Positions 56,017-64,000 of a stretch of DNA of 64,000 nt are shown here, piece after piece. Position numbers and translations under genes: made by a program. Location: assembly GCA_024720975.1 (NCBI GenBank), contig JANJXX010000002.1, forward strand, positions 64,001 through 128,000, written 5' to 3'. This stretch comes from Thermoproteota archaeon. Lineage in GTDB: Archaea; Asgardarchaeota; Njordarchaeia; Njordarchaeales; Panguiarchaeaceae. Numbering within the stretch: position 1 is the stretch's first letter; every line of letters begins with the position of its first letter. The notes beneath the pieces were generated by a model, which had not been told where the DNA came from, searched no databases, and worked only from the letters and a program-made list of their open reading frames with translations.

Positions 56017-57837
56017 TTACAACTCGAGCGGTATTTGAATGCCATACTTCTCGGCAAGCAGCTTAGATTCGTTATGTAACACTTCATAGAATCTTTTGAA
56101 TGCCTCCTCATTGACACCAATGACTCTTTCTGCCTTCTCATCTAGCAAGGCCCAGTTAAACTTTAGAGAAACAAGCATTTTTGTAGACTCCAGTCTTTCT
56201 ATTTCTTCCACTGGAACCACTTCGGTAAATCTTATCATAATCTCATAGTATTTCATAAATGCCTCTAAGATCCTGGCTTGTATTTCCGGTGGTGTATAAC
56301 GATCAGCAACGTCATAGGCATTTTGAACGAGATAACCATCCTTAAACATCTTAGTAAACCGAAGAATAAATCTCTCTTTGTTTTGCAGAGCTTTTTCACC
56401 GACGATTTTTGAAATATCTTCGATGCGCGTGCCCTCCTCAAGAATGCCAAGGGCTTTCGCACGATGATCAAAGAACTTTGGAGCTTTAAATTCCTTAGCA
56501 AAGTACTCTCTGAGTAAATCAACACAACTAGAGAATGAGAGCGCCCAGTTTATCGATGGAAAATGCCTTGCAAAGGCAAGCTTTTTATCAAGTGTCCAAA
56601 GGACCCCAATGAAGCGCATAGTTGTTGCTGTCACGGGCTCTATAAAGTCACCTCCTGGAGGTGAAACCGCACCCATTATTGTTAACGAGCCCTCACGTGG
56701 ATTTTTACCTAGAGTTACTACACGACCTGCGCGCTCATAAAACGCCGCTATATATTGTACAATATAGGCTGGAAAACCTTCCTCAACAGGGACATCTCCT
56801 AATCTTCCTCCGAGTTCCCTAACTGCCTCCATCCAACGTGATGTTGAATCAGCCATCATTGCTACATTGTATCCTTGGTCCCTGAAATATTCACCAATTG
56901 TCGCTCCAAGATACACAGAGGCCTCCCTTGCAGCAACTGGCAGATTGGAGACATTGGCAATGAATACAGATCTTTCAATTAACTTGTGTCCTGTACGCGG
57001 ATCATCAAGTTCGGGAAAGTGCGTTACAACATCAGCCATTTCATTTCCTCTTTCACCACAACCGACATATATTATTATATCGGCCCAGCTCCATTTGGCA
57101 AGATTTTGCAAAGTAACAGTTTTTCCAGTACCAAATCCACCAGGTATTGCTGCTGAACCACCCATAGCAATGGGGAAGAATGTATCTATGACCCTCATTC
57201 CTGTGATTAGAGGTTTAGTAGGGGGCAATTTCTCCCTTACAGGTCTTGGAATCTTAACGGGCCACTCTTGAACCATTGTAACTTCTATTCTCTTCCCGTC
57301 ACTAGTTTCTAAGGTTGCAAACGGCTCCTTGATTGTGTATTTTCCTTCTCGAATATCGATGATTTTAGCCCTTCTAAATCCATGAGGAGCCAGTATTCTA
57401 TGTTCTATCACTTTTGTCTCTGGAACTTTGCCGAGGATGTCTACAGGTTCTACCTCATCTCCCTCCTTTAGAGCAGGTATAAATGTCCACCTCTTCTTTG
57501 TATCAAGGGGCTCTAATTTTACTCCTCTTGGAACAAAAGGCCCGTATCTATGCCAGACTTCAGTAAGAGGATTTTGAAGTCCATCATAGATCTGCTTAAG
57601 AATTCCCGGTCCTAGCTTTGCTGTTAATGGTTTTCCAGTATTTTCTACTGGATCTTTTGGCTTAACACCACTTGTATCCTCATAAACTTGCACAAACACT
57701 CTATTGAGACTTATTCTAATTATCTCTCCTATAAGTTTGTTCTCTCCAATATAAACTACATCTCCAACTTTTGGATTTGGCACATTCTCCGCAACTACAA
57801 GTGGTCCTGAAACCCTAACTACATAACCAGCAGTAAT
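56017..57837 (-). CDS. atpA: A/V-type ATP synthase subunit A (probable ATT start)
   Basis: GGFGTGKT, GCGERGNEM, ADSTSRW, PPGGD; conserved N-terminus TAGYVVRVSGPLVVAEN lies upstream of the ORF-track GTG at 57783. Confidence 0.95.
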   Translation of the reverse strand: MTAGYVVRVSGPLVVAENVPNPKVGDVVYIGENKLIGEIIRISLNRVFVQVYEDTSGVKPKDPVENTGKPLTAKLGPGILKQIYDGLQNPLTEVWHRYGPFVPRGVKLEPLDTKKRWTFIPALKEGDEVEPVDILGKVPETKVIEHRILAPHGFRRAKIIDIREGKYTIKEPFATLETSDGKRIEVTMVQEWPVKIPRPVREKLPPTKPLITGMRVIDTFFPIAMGGSAAIPGGFGTGKTVTLQNLAKWSWADIIIYVGCGERGNEMADVVTHFPELDDPRTGHKLIERSVFIANVSNLPVAAREASVYLGATIGEYFRDQGYNVAMMADSTSRWMEAVRELGGRLGDVPVEEGFPAYIVQYIAAFYERAGRVVTLGKNPREGSLTIMGAVSPPGGDFIEPVTATTMRFIGVLWTLDKKLAFARHFPSINWALSFSSCVDLLREYFAKEFKAPKFFDHRAKALGILEEGTRIEDISKIVGEKALQNKERFILRFTKMFKDGYLVQNAYDVADRYTPPEIQARILEAFMKYYEIMIRFTEVVPVEEIERLESTKMLVSLKFNWALLDEKAERVIGVNEEAFKRFYEVLHNESKLLAEKYGIQIPLEL

Positions 57838-58013
57838 TTCTTTTCACCAGATTGATCGGTCTCAATTTATATTGAGTTTGAGCATTTATATTTAGCTCAT
57901 CTACATATTTAAATATTTTCCCCAAATAAATGAAATTCTCTGTAGGAGCTTTTCTCTTCCTTAAATATTGAGAAATTATTCATTTTCAGGAATAGGTATG
58001 TTCGGTGGTATTC

Positions 58014-58337
58014 TTGCCGCATAAGAGGAAAAATAGAGGAAGGAAAAAGGGAAAAGACGCTGGACACGTAAAATACGTCCATTGCACACTATGCCACGCG
58101 CGGGTTCCGGCCGACAAGGCTGTAAAGAGAGTATACTGGGGATCTCCAATAGCTGGCGCTATTGCAAAAGAGCTTACCTCACAGGGAACTTTAATCACAA
58201 ACGAGCGAAGAACTGTATACTACTGCATTAGATGCGCAATGTTCCATGGTATTGTTAAAATCCGTCCGAGAGACGAGAGAAAGAAAATACCTGAAGAAAT
58301 TCTAGAGAAGAGATTTCGAAGTATCTTAGGTGCTTAA
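58014..58337 (+). CDS. rps26e: 30S ribosomal protein eS26
   Basis: PHKRKNRGR, CTLC..RVPADKA, YCIRCA.FHG.VK.R. Confidence 0.93.
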   Translation: MPHKRKNRGRKKGKDAGHVKYVHCTLCHARVPADKAVKRVYWGSPIAGAIAKELTSQGTLITNERRTVYYCIRCAMFHGIVKIRPRDERKKIPEEILEKRFRSILGA

Positions 58338-58458
58338 TAAATAGTTCTAATACGCATACTTTATTATTTTCTAGTTATTACAAAGACGTGTTTTGCAAAC
58401 GCTAAGCTATAATGCTACCTTCAAACATTATAGAAATCCAAGAACCAATAATATTGAA

Positions 58459-59328
58459 TCAATCCAACCACCAATCTTTATTAAGGACTTCATTCAGTGA
58501 TCTCTTCAGGAGTACATAGAAGCATCTTCTTCTATCCGCCGAGTATATGAGGTCGGCCACAATATATCCCTTTGAGAGGTAATTCTTAAACAACTCGCGC
58601 GTGCCCATGCGCCAATCGGTTGCAAGCTTGAGACTCCGCTCTTTTATTTCATTGAAATTTAGTGGTATTTCCACTGCTAATATTTTCTCATGCACGGACG
58701 TTTCATAGTCTTTTAGAACCACTAAGTTTGTACCTTCAATCCTCGTTTGGGTAACAACAGTCACCTCAAGATCCTCAATATGTGGGGGTCTATTTTCTCC
58801 TCTGATTCTGCTTACCACCCTTGGTGAAAGAATATACCACTCGACGAAAAATCTGTCTGTTGAAACCCCTTGATTTAATCCATCTCGTAATTCGCCGTAT
58901 AGATTTTCAATGTATTCTCTACTAACTACACCCAGTTTCACAAAGTTAAAGTATGCATTCTTGGCTTGGAGTGGATCAAAAGTCCATCTAATTAGATCTA
59001 TTCCCATATTAATGGCATATTCTCGTTGTTTGAGCTTGAGCATAGCGCCTATGCCAGAGTTTTGGTACTTCCTTTTGACCCCCACCTGATGCGAATGTAG
59101 ATATAATTTTTTATTATGAATTCCCAGAAAACCAAAGACATAGCCAGCAGGTTCCTCTCCACAGTAGGCAAGAAAAACACAGTTGCCTGACATTTGAGCC
59201 GCTCTGAGTACGTGGGCAGGCGTTATTGTTATGTCCTCAGCGTTCCAGGCGTCTCTTTGTATTTCTTCCATGGCCTTAAATTCATCGGGATTCTCCGGGA
59301 TAACTATCTTTACCTTTGTTACTTCCAT
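58459..59328 (-). CDS. GNAT N-acyl (probably succinyl) transferase of the NSAR/OSBS-linked family
   Basis: HSHQVGV, GIG..LK..QR, WTFDPL..NA.FN..KLG, TDRF.VEW. Confidence 0.85.
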   Translation of the reverse strand: MEVTKVKIVIPENPDEFKAMEEIQRDAWNAEDITITPAHVLRAAQMSGNCVFLAYCGEEPAGYVFGFLGIHNKKLYLHSHQVGVKRKYQNSGIGAMLKLKQREYAINMGIDLIRWTFDPLQAKNAYFNFVKLGVVSREYIENLYGELRDGLNQGVSTDRFFVEWYILSPRVVSRIRGENRPPHIEDLEVTVVTQTRIEGTNLVVLKDYETSVHEKILAVEIPLNFNEIKERSLKLATDWRMGTRELFKNYLSKGYIVADLIYSADRRRCFYVLLKRSLNEVLNKDWWLD

Positions 59329-60508
59329 TCTCCCTCTCCGTCTGCTCAGTCTCTACTTCTTGTCCTACAAGTGGACGCAATTCTTCAAACGGAGATATAG
59401 GCAACAATTGCAGGAACTCTCTTAGTACTTTAGAATCCACCAAGTAAAGTATGAGTATATCATTTTGCTCAAATTTCTCTGGCATGAATATTCTTGCAGC
59501 TCTCTTAACAGCAAGGACCTTGATACGATGATCGAAATCGCTCTCAATGTCAGAGGGTCTTCGTCCCACGTAATCTTTTGGTACAGGAGCTTCAATGGCA
59601 GTTGCGTAAGCAAAGCCTAGCCCTAAGCGTCTTACGAGTTCACGACTAGTCAAATCTATGTCATCCAATACTACTACATTTTTGATTGATTTGCCTACAA
59701 GGTCGAGAAGAGGTGGTTTGTTGCGTGATAGAAGAATTATCGGTACGTCTGGGTTTACTTTTCGAACATTTACAAGTATATGCTGCGCTAATTGAGGTTC
59801 ATCAACGAGTATCAATACCTTTAGTGCATTTTTGAACTCAATTTTATTGTATAGGATTTCATCTGCTAAAGCTTCCGGTGTATCCAAAGTAAGTAAATCT
59901 ATATAAGTTTTTACTTCCATCATCCAAGGTTTTTCTTTTTCAGCTATCAGAGCCACAAGGGGTCCAAAGCCCATATTACATAGCGATTTAACAAAGTTAT
60001 GCACTAGCTGATTACTGCCAAAGACATATATTACCGTCTTCTTTGATTTAACCCTAACTGAGAAATGCTCTAACTTAGGTCGCATGAATGCTGACAATAT
60101 AGCACCTGCAAGTACTCCAATGAAGTATAAAGGATTTATCCTGGAGGAAAATAAAGTCTGAGTCAGACCACTAAGGGAGAAAGAAATCGGACTTAGTTCT
60201 ATTAAACTCGATAGCAGCGGAACAATGTAATTATTATAGAAGAAGACCACAACAATTACGAGTGATGCAACAAAAAGTATAAATATGGCAAGATATAGTA
60301 CAAGCTTAAGCAAAGCTGCAACTTTAATCAGGTACTTCGCATAATTGTACGTGTGTTTAATAAGCTTCATAATCATGCTCTTGTAAATTTTATACCTTAT
60401 CCGATACTTCCGAAATATATCCGTTCGGAAGAAAATCACTAAAAATATGACCAGCAGCAGTAAAATTATCGGAGGAAGCCAGTAAAGTATATTGATCATA
60501 CTAGTCAT
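59282..60508 (-). CDS. Membrane protein with RCK (TrkA-N/C-like) domain
   Basis: Three TM segments, then Rossmann-like IYVFGSNQL and TrkA-C-like YVGRR...VLAVKR. Confidence 0.65.
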   Translation of the reverse strand: MTSMINILYWLPPIILLLLVIFLVIFFRTDIFRKYRIRYKIYKSMIMKLIKHTYNYAKYLIKVAALLKLVLYLAIFILFVASLVIVVVFFYNNYIVPLLSSLIELSPISFSLSGLTQTLFSSRINPLYFIGVLAGAILSAFMRPKLEHFSVRVKSKKTVIYVFGSNQLVHNFVKSLCNMGFGPLVALIAEKEKPWMMEVKTYIDLLTLDTPEALADEILYNKIEFKNALKVLILVDEPQLAQHILVNVRKVNPDVPIILLSRNKPPLLDLVGKSIKNVVVLDDIDLTSRELVRRLGLGFAYATAIEAPVPKDYVGRRPSDIESDFDHRIKVLAVKRAARIFMPEKFEQNDILILYLVDSKVLREFLQLLPISPFEELRPLVGQEVETEQTERENGSNKGKDSYPGESR

Positions 60509-60590
60509 CTTGCAAACGTGCTCTATAACAACTTGCTTAATTCTAGAATCTAAGAATTATTACCAATGAGTTTTTTAAGTCAGATACCAC

Positions 60591-61733
60591 CTAAAACTTC
60601 CAATATCTTATTTGATACTTTAACAACCTATCCATGTCAACATCCACGCCAATACCAGGCTTATTAGGAACACTTATTGTACCATCACTAGAATTCAATT
60701 TGTGTGGAGGATCAATTATATCCTCCAGCCAGTACCTATTAGATGCTGATATATCAGAGGGATAAGTTATGTTGGGTAACGACGCTATGTGAAGCAAGTG
60801 AGCTTTTCCGATGCCCGTTTCTAGCATTCCCCCGATCCATGTGCCGATACTATTCTTAACGCATAAGTTATGTATTTTAAATGATTCTATTATTCCTCCA
60901 ACGCGCGGAGGCTTTATATTTATTATATCACAGCTGCCGAGTGCTATCGCTGCCTCTGCAGAATGAACCGACCCAATACTTTCATCTAAGCATATTGGTG
61001 TCTTAAGTTGGGGCCTTAGTCTCGCATGATCAACCAAATCATAATAGTGGAGGGGCTGTTCTATCATCAAAAGGTTGAATTTATCCAGGTCCAGTAGAGT
61101 CTTGAGATTTTTGGATATATCATAGGATGCATTTGCGTCTACCTGAAGCGCCACCTCGGGAAATACTTCCCTTACAGCTTTTAAGACCTCTATATCATAT
61201 CCAGGAGCTATTTTCAGCTTTATCCTACAATACCCTTCCTCTACGTATTTCTGGATCAATTCGATGAGATATTGTATTTTGTCTATGATGCCTATGGAAA
61301 CACCCACTGGCACTCTAGTTTTCGCGCCGCCATAAAGTCTATACAGAGGCTCGCCTAGAACTTTTGCATATAGATCCCAAAATGCATATTCTAATGAGCA
61401 CTTAGCTATTGGATGTCCTCTAATGATCTCTAATGAGTCTCTAAAGTCTCTTGGCGAGCTGAATTGTTTATTCAAAATTCTGGGGATTAGAAATTTCTTG
61501 AGAACCAGCAGAGCTGTTTCAGAAGTCTCGTAGGAGAATCCAGGAAAGAGATCAGCAGCTACCTCTCCGTAGCCAACAAAATCGTCTGAATGAAGTTCGA
61601 CTATTAATACGTCCCTCCAGAAGGTTTTTCCGAAGCTGGTCTTAAACTCATCTTTTAATCGCACGCGAATATGCCTCAAAATAACTTGATCGATCGTGAT
61701 AGAGACTTCATTATTCAATTCATGCTCCCGCAT
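60591..61733 (-). CDS. menC: N-succinylamino acid racemase / o-succinylbenzoate synthase (enolase superfamily)
   Basis: FKTSFG, RIKLKI, VDAN, IEQP, LDES, INIKP.RVGG, GGMLETG. Confidence 0.9.
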   Translation of the reverse strand: MREHELNNEVSITIDQVILRHIRVRLKDEFKTSFGKTFWRDVLIVELHSDDFVGYGEVAADLFPGFSYETSETALLVLKKFLIPRILNKQFSSPRDFRDSLEIIRGHPIAKCSLEYAFWDLYAKVLGEPLYRLYGGAKTRVPVGVSIGIIDKIQYLIELIQKYVEEGYCRIKLKIAPGYDIEVLKAVREVFPEVALQVDANASYDISKNLKTLLDLDKFNLLMIEQPLHYYDLVDHARLRPQLKTPICLDESIGSVHSAEAAIALGSCDIINIKPPRVGGIIESFKIHNLCVKNSIGTWIGGMLETGIGKAHLLHIASLPNITYPSDISASNRYWLEDIIDPPHKLNSSDGTISVPNKPGIGVDVDMDRLLKYQIRYWKF

Positions 61734-61874
61734 ATATGATTGATTAAAGAGGAAAGCACTAATATTACCATCTCTAAAGGACAAAATTCACAACTTGCAG
61801 ATCTAAGATTGAATAGATAATTAAACTCGAGTTAAATTTTAGAATTTCACTCAAGAGTTCTCAGGTGGTTTAGA

Positions 61875-62534
61875 ATGAGACGTGCTCTGACAGAACTCGA
61901 AGCTAAGGCCTTTCTTGAAAAATACGGTATCCCTTTTCCGAAAAGAGATCTTGCTCAAAACGAGAACGAAGCGATTAAAATATCACAAAAAATAGGGTAC
62001 CCTGTAGTTTTGAAAGTTGTCTCTCCAGATATCATCCACAAGACTGATGTTGGAGGTGTAAAGATAGGGATCAATTCCGACGACGAGTTACGAGAAGCCT
62101 TCAGAGATATTATGGAAACTGTAAAACGAAAAAAACCTGATGCAAGGATAGATGGAATCTTAGTAGAGGAGATGATTAAAGGCGGTTACGAAGTTATAAT
62201 CGGCGGCATTCAGGATCCAACGTTTGGACCCGTTGTCATGTTTGGTGGTTTAGGAGGAATTTATGTTGAGTTATTCAAGGATGTAACCTTCAGGCTTGCT
62301 CCGATAGATGATGTAGAAGCCGAAGAAATGATTAAAGAGACGAAAGGTTACCAGCTTCTAAAGGGATTTCGAGGCGGAGAACACGCTAACATTGAACTCC
62401 TTAAGAGACTATTAGTAAAGACAAGTCAAATTTTAGTGGAACATCCAGAGATTGTTGAATTAGATTTAAATCCGATACGAATATTCAAGGACAGAGCCGT
62501 CGTTCTAGATGCAAAAATTTTAGTCAAGGGTTAG
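61875..62534 (+). CDS. acdB: ADP-forming acetate/acyl-CoA ligase beta subunit
   Basis: GYPVVLKVVSPDIIHKTDVGGV, DPTFGPVVMFG, ELDLNP. Confidence 0.92.
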   Translation: MRRALTELEAKAFLEKYGIPFPKRDLAQNENEAIKISQKIGYPVVLKVVSPDIIHKTDVGGVKIGINSDDELREAFRDIMETVKRKKPDARIDGILVEEMIKGGYEVIIGGIQDPTFGPVVMFGGLGGIYVELFKDVTFRLAPIDDVEAEEMIKETKGYQLLKGFRGGEHANIELLKRLLVKTSQILVEHPEIVELDLNPIRIFKDRAVVLDAKILVKG

Positions 62535-62538
62535 CATC

Positions 62539-62751
62539 TTGATTAAGGAACGACTGTTTGTAGCACTTCTAACTGTTATTTTTCCGTGGGTTGCGCTTAC
62601 CTTTGCAGTTCCGATAGCAGCTCTTTGCGTGTTTAAGGCTAGTGGAAACCAATATTTGGGTTATTTTGTTGCACTATTGGTATTCGTTGTTTTTCTGATT
62701 AGCTGGTATCACTTAAGCATACTATTCCTGAGAAAAAATTTGGAACGATAG
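62539..62751 (+). CDS. Small two-TM membrane protein
   Basis: 70 aa, two hydrophobic helices, 4 bp after acdB. Confidence 0.55.
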   Translation: MIKERLFVALLTVIFPWVALTFAVPIAALCVFKASGNQYLGYFVALLVFVVFLISWYHLSILFLRKNLER

Positions 62752-62780
62752 TTCGCATCAAGCATCTAGAAAATAGCTAG

Positions 62781-62969
62781 CTACGGTGGAAATAGATACC
62801 ACATCGCGATGACGCCAAAAATCAAGAGAAATGCTGCGATAAAGACAAATCTTGGTCCAACTTTAGCGCCCTCAGGTGTTTCTTCATAGAATATAAGCAA
62901 TCCTGCACCTGTTGGTGGTGTAGATAACCTATCACGAGACTTCTTCTTTTTCTCATCTTGCTTGGGCAT
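62781..62969 (-). CDS. secG: Protein translocase subunit Sec61-beta
   Basis: P.TGAGLLIFYEE...KVGP plus one TM; GGAGGT SD before ATG 62969. Confidence 0.92.
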   Translation of the reverse strand: MPKQDEKKKKSRDRLSTPPTGAGLLIFYEETPEGAKVGPRFVFIAAFLLIFGVIAMWYLFPP

Positions 62970-63034
62970 TTTTGACCTCCTGCTTGAGTAGGTATTATAC
63001 TTAAGCATTGATTTAATTAAAGGCATCACGAAAA

Positions 63035-63958
63035 TTATGGACTAGAGTCTGTTTTTCCTAACTCATTGTAGAAAATTTTTCTGACAATTTTTCTAATTTC
63101 TTCATCGCCTCCAAGGGCCTCTCGTATTTCTCGGATCTTATTTCTTAGTGTTATCTCTGTACAATAAACAACTTTTGCGAAGTCTTTCTGCGATCGCGTT
63201 TCTCCCGTATATTCAGTTGATATGTAAGTGCATGCAGCTGCGACCGACAATGGATCTCTTCCAGTGAGTAACTGCTTTTCTTCGACAGTTTTTGCGAGCT
63301 CTTCCGCTATCCTTACACAATGGAAACTCAACTTGAGTTTTTCAGCTATGTAACGTATATAATCACGCGGTCTAACTGGTTGAAGCTTTATTTTTAACGT
63401 ACTTGTGAATTCCTTAAGCGCTCTTGAGAAGTTTTTCTTTAATACATCTGCTGACTTTAGCATATAATCTAATGGAACAGGATGAAGCATTAAACGCGAA
63501 GCAACAAAGATTGCTGCTAAAACATAAGCATTTAATTCTTTTGCTTTAAGGTTTCTCTTCTGATTGAAATCGAGTAATAGATGAATAGTCTTTCTCTCGA
63601 CCTCGGGGTGAAGCTTAAATATGGCTGAGAATTTTTTAACAAGGAATTTAGTCTCAAGAACACGCCGAGATCTGTAATCCTCTGTTATATTCGAGCCGGA
63701 GTATGGTTGATAATCCGCTAGAAGAGGGTGCTGATCCCCAAGAGATTTAATTAACCTGCTTTCTCTGTATAGGTCATCCACGTTAAAGAATCGCTGCTCT
63801 GAATCTGTCGAGATATTATCCTCATCAAACACACGACCACAAAGAGGACATACTAGAACTTCAGATTCAACCTCGTTTAAGCAAACGGTGATTAAAGGTA
63901 ACCCACAAACGGGGCAGGAAGTAGTTTTATTAGTTTTATTAGTGGTATCATCATCCAT
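63035..63958 (-). CDS. tfb: Transcription initiation factor IIB (divergent paralog)
   Basis: CPVC/CPLC Zn ribbon, two cyclin repeats, GRDPLSVAAA, TEITLRN. Confidence 0.88.
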   Translation of the reverse strand: MDDDTTNKTNKTTSCPVCGLPLITVCLNEVESEVLVCPLCGRVFDEDNISTDSEQRFFNVDDLYRESRLIKSLGDQHPLLADYQPYSGSNITEDYRSRRVLETKFLVKKFSAIFKLHPEVERKTIHLLLDFNQKRNLKAKELNAYVLAAIFVASRLMLHPVPLDYMLKSADVLKKNFSRALKEFTSTLKIKLQPVRPRDYIRYIAEKLKLSFHCVRIAEELAKTVEEKQLLTGRDPLSVAAACTYISTEYTGETRSQKDFAKVVYCTEITLRNKIREIREALGGDEEIRKIVRKIFYNELGKTDSSP

Positions 63959-64000
63959 ATGAATTACCCTTCGTTAAGAACTCAGTCATTTTCAAAAATA

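Noticed and set aside
60591-61733. Menaquinone biosynthesis locus
   Set aside because: No other men genes in the window; the GNAT neighbour favours the racemase role
1-64000. CRISPR arrays, rRNA, IS elements, inteins
   Set aside because: No repeat-spacer periodicity, rRNA-like tract or transposase seen; PolB, AtpA and Cdc6 have normal lengths

Overview
AT-rich, gene-dense archaeal chromosome segment with no CRISPR array, rRNA or intact mobile element. It carries Asgard-type eukaryotic-signature genes: an actin directly upstream of an MglA-type GTPase, two roadblock proteins, an STT3/AglB plus TRAP-beta-like pair, an Rpb5-length RpoH, and a ubiquitin-like protein plus JAB protease pair. It also has TACK-like markers (PolB1, DUF1512) and a methanogen-type SerRS. 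This suggests a thermophilic Asgard or Asgard-related lineage (inference). Most other genes are housekeeping genes scattered out of their usual operons. Features missed by the ORF track: five tRNAs (two with 11-12 nt introns, one at the non-canonical 45/46 site), three box C/D guide sRNAs (several guides match conserved rRNA sites), a 59-aa Flp-like prepilin heading a minimal Tad-like operon, a truncated PhoU/TrkA-C gene, a probable AUU start for atpA, and an orphan multi-hairpin RNA candidate. The best leads for an undescribed system are the actin-MglA-roadblock module and the Ubl-JAB pair. All family calls come from motif recognition by eye; no searches were run.
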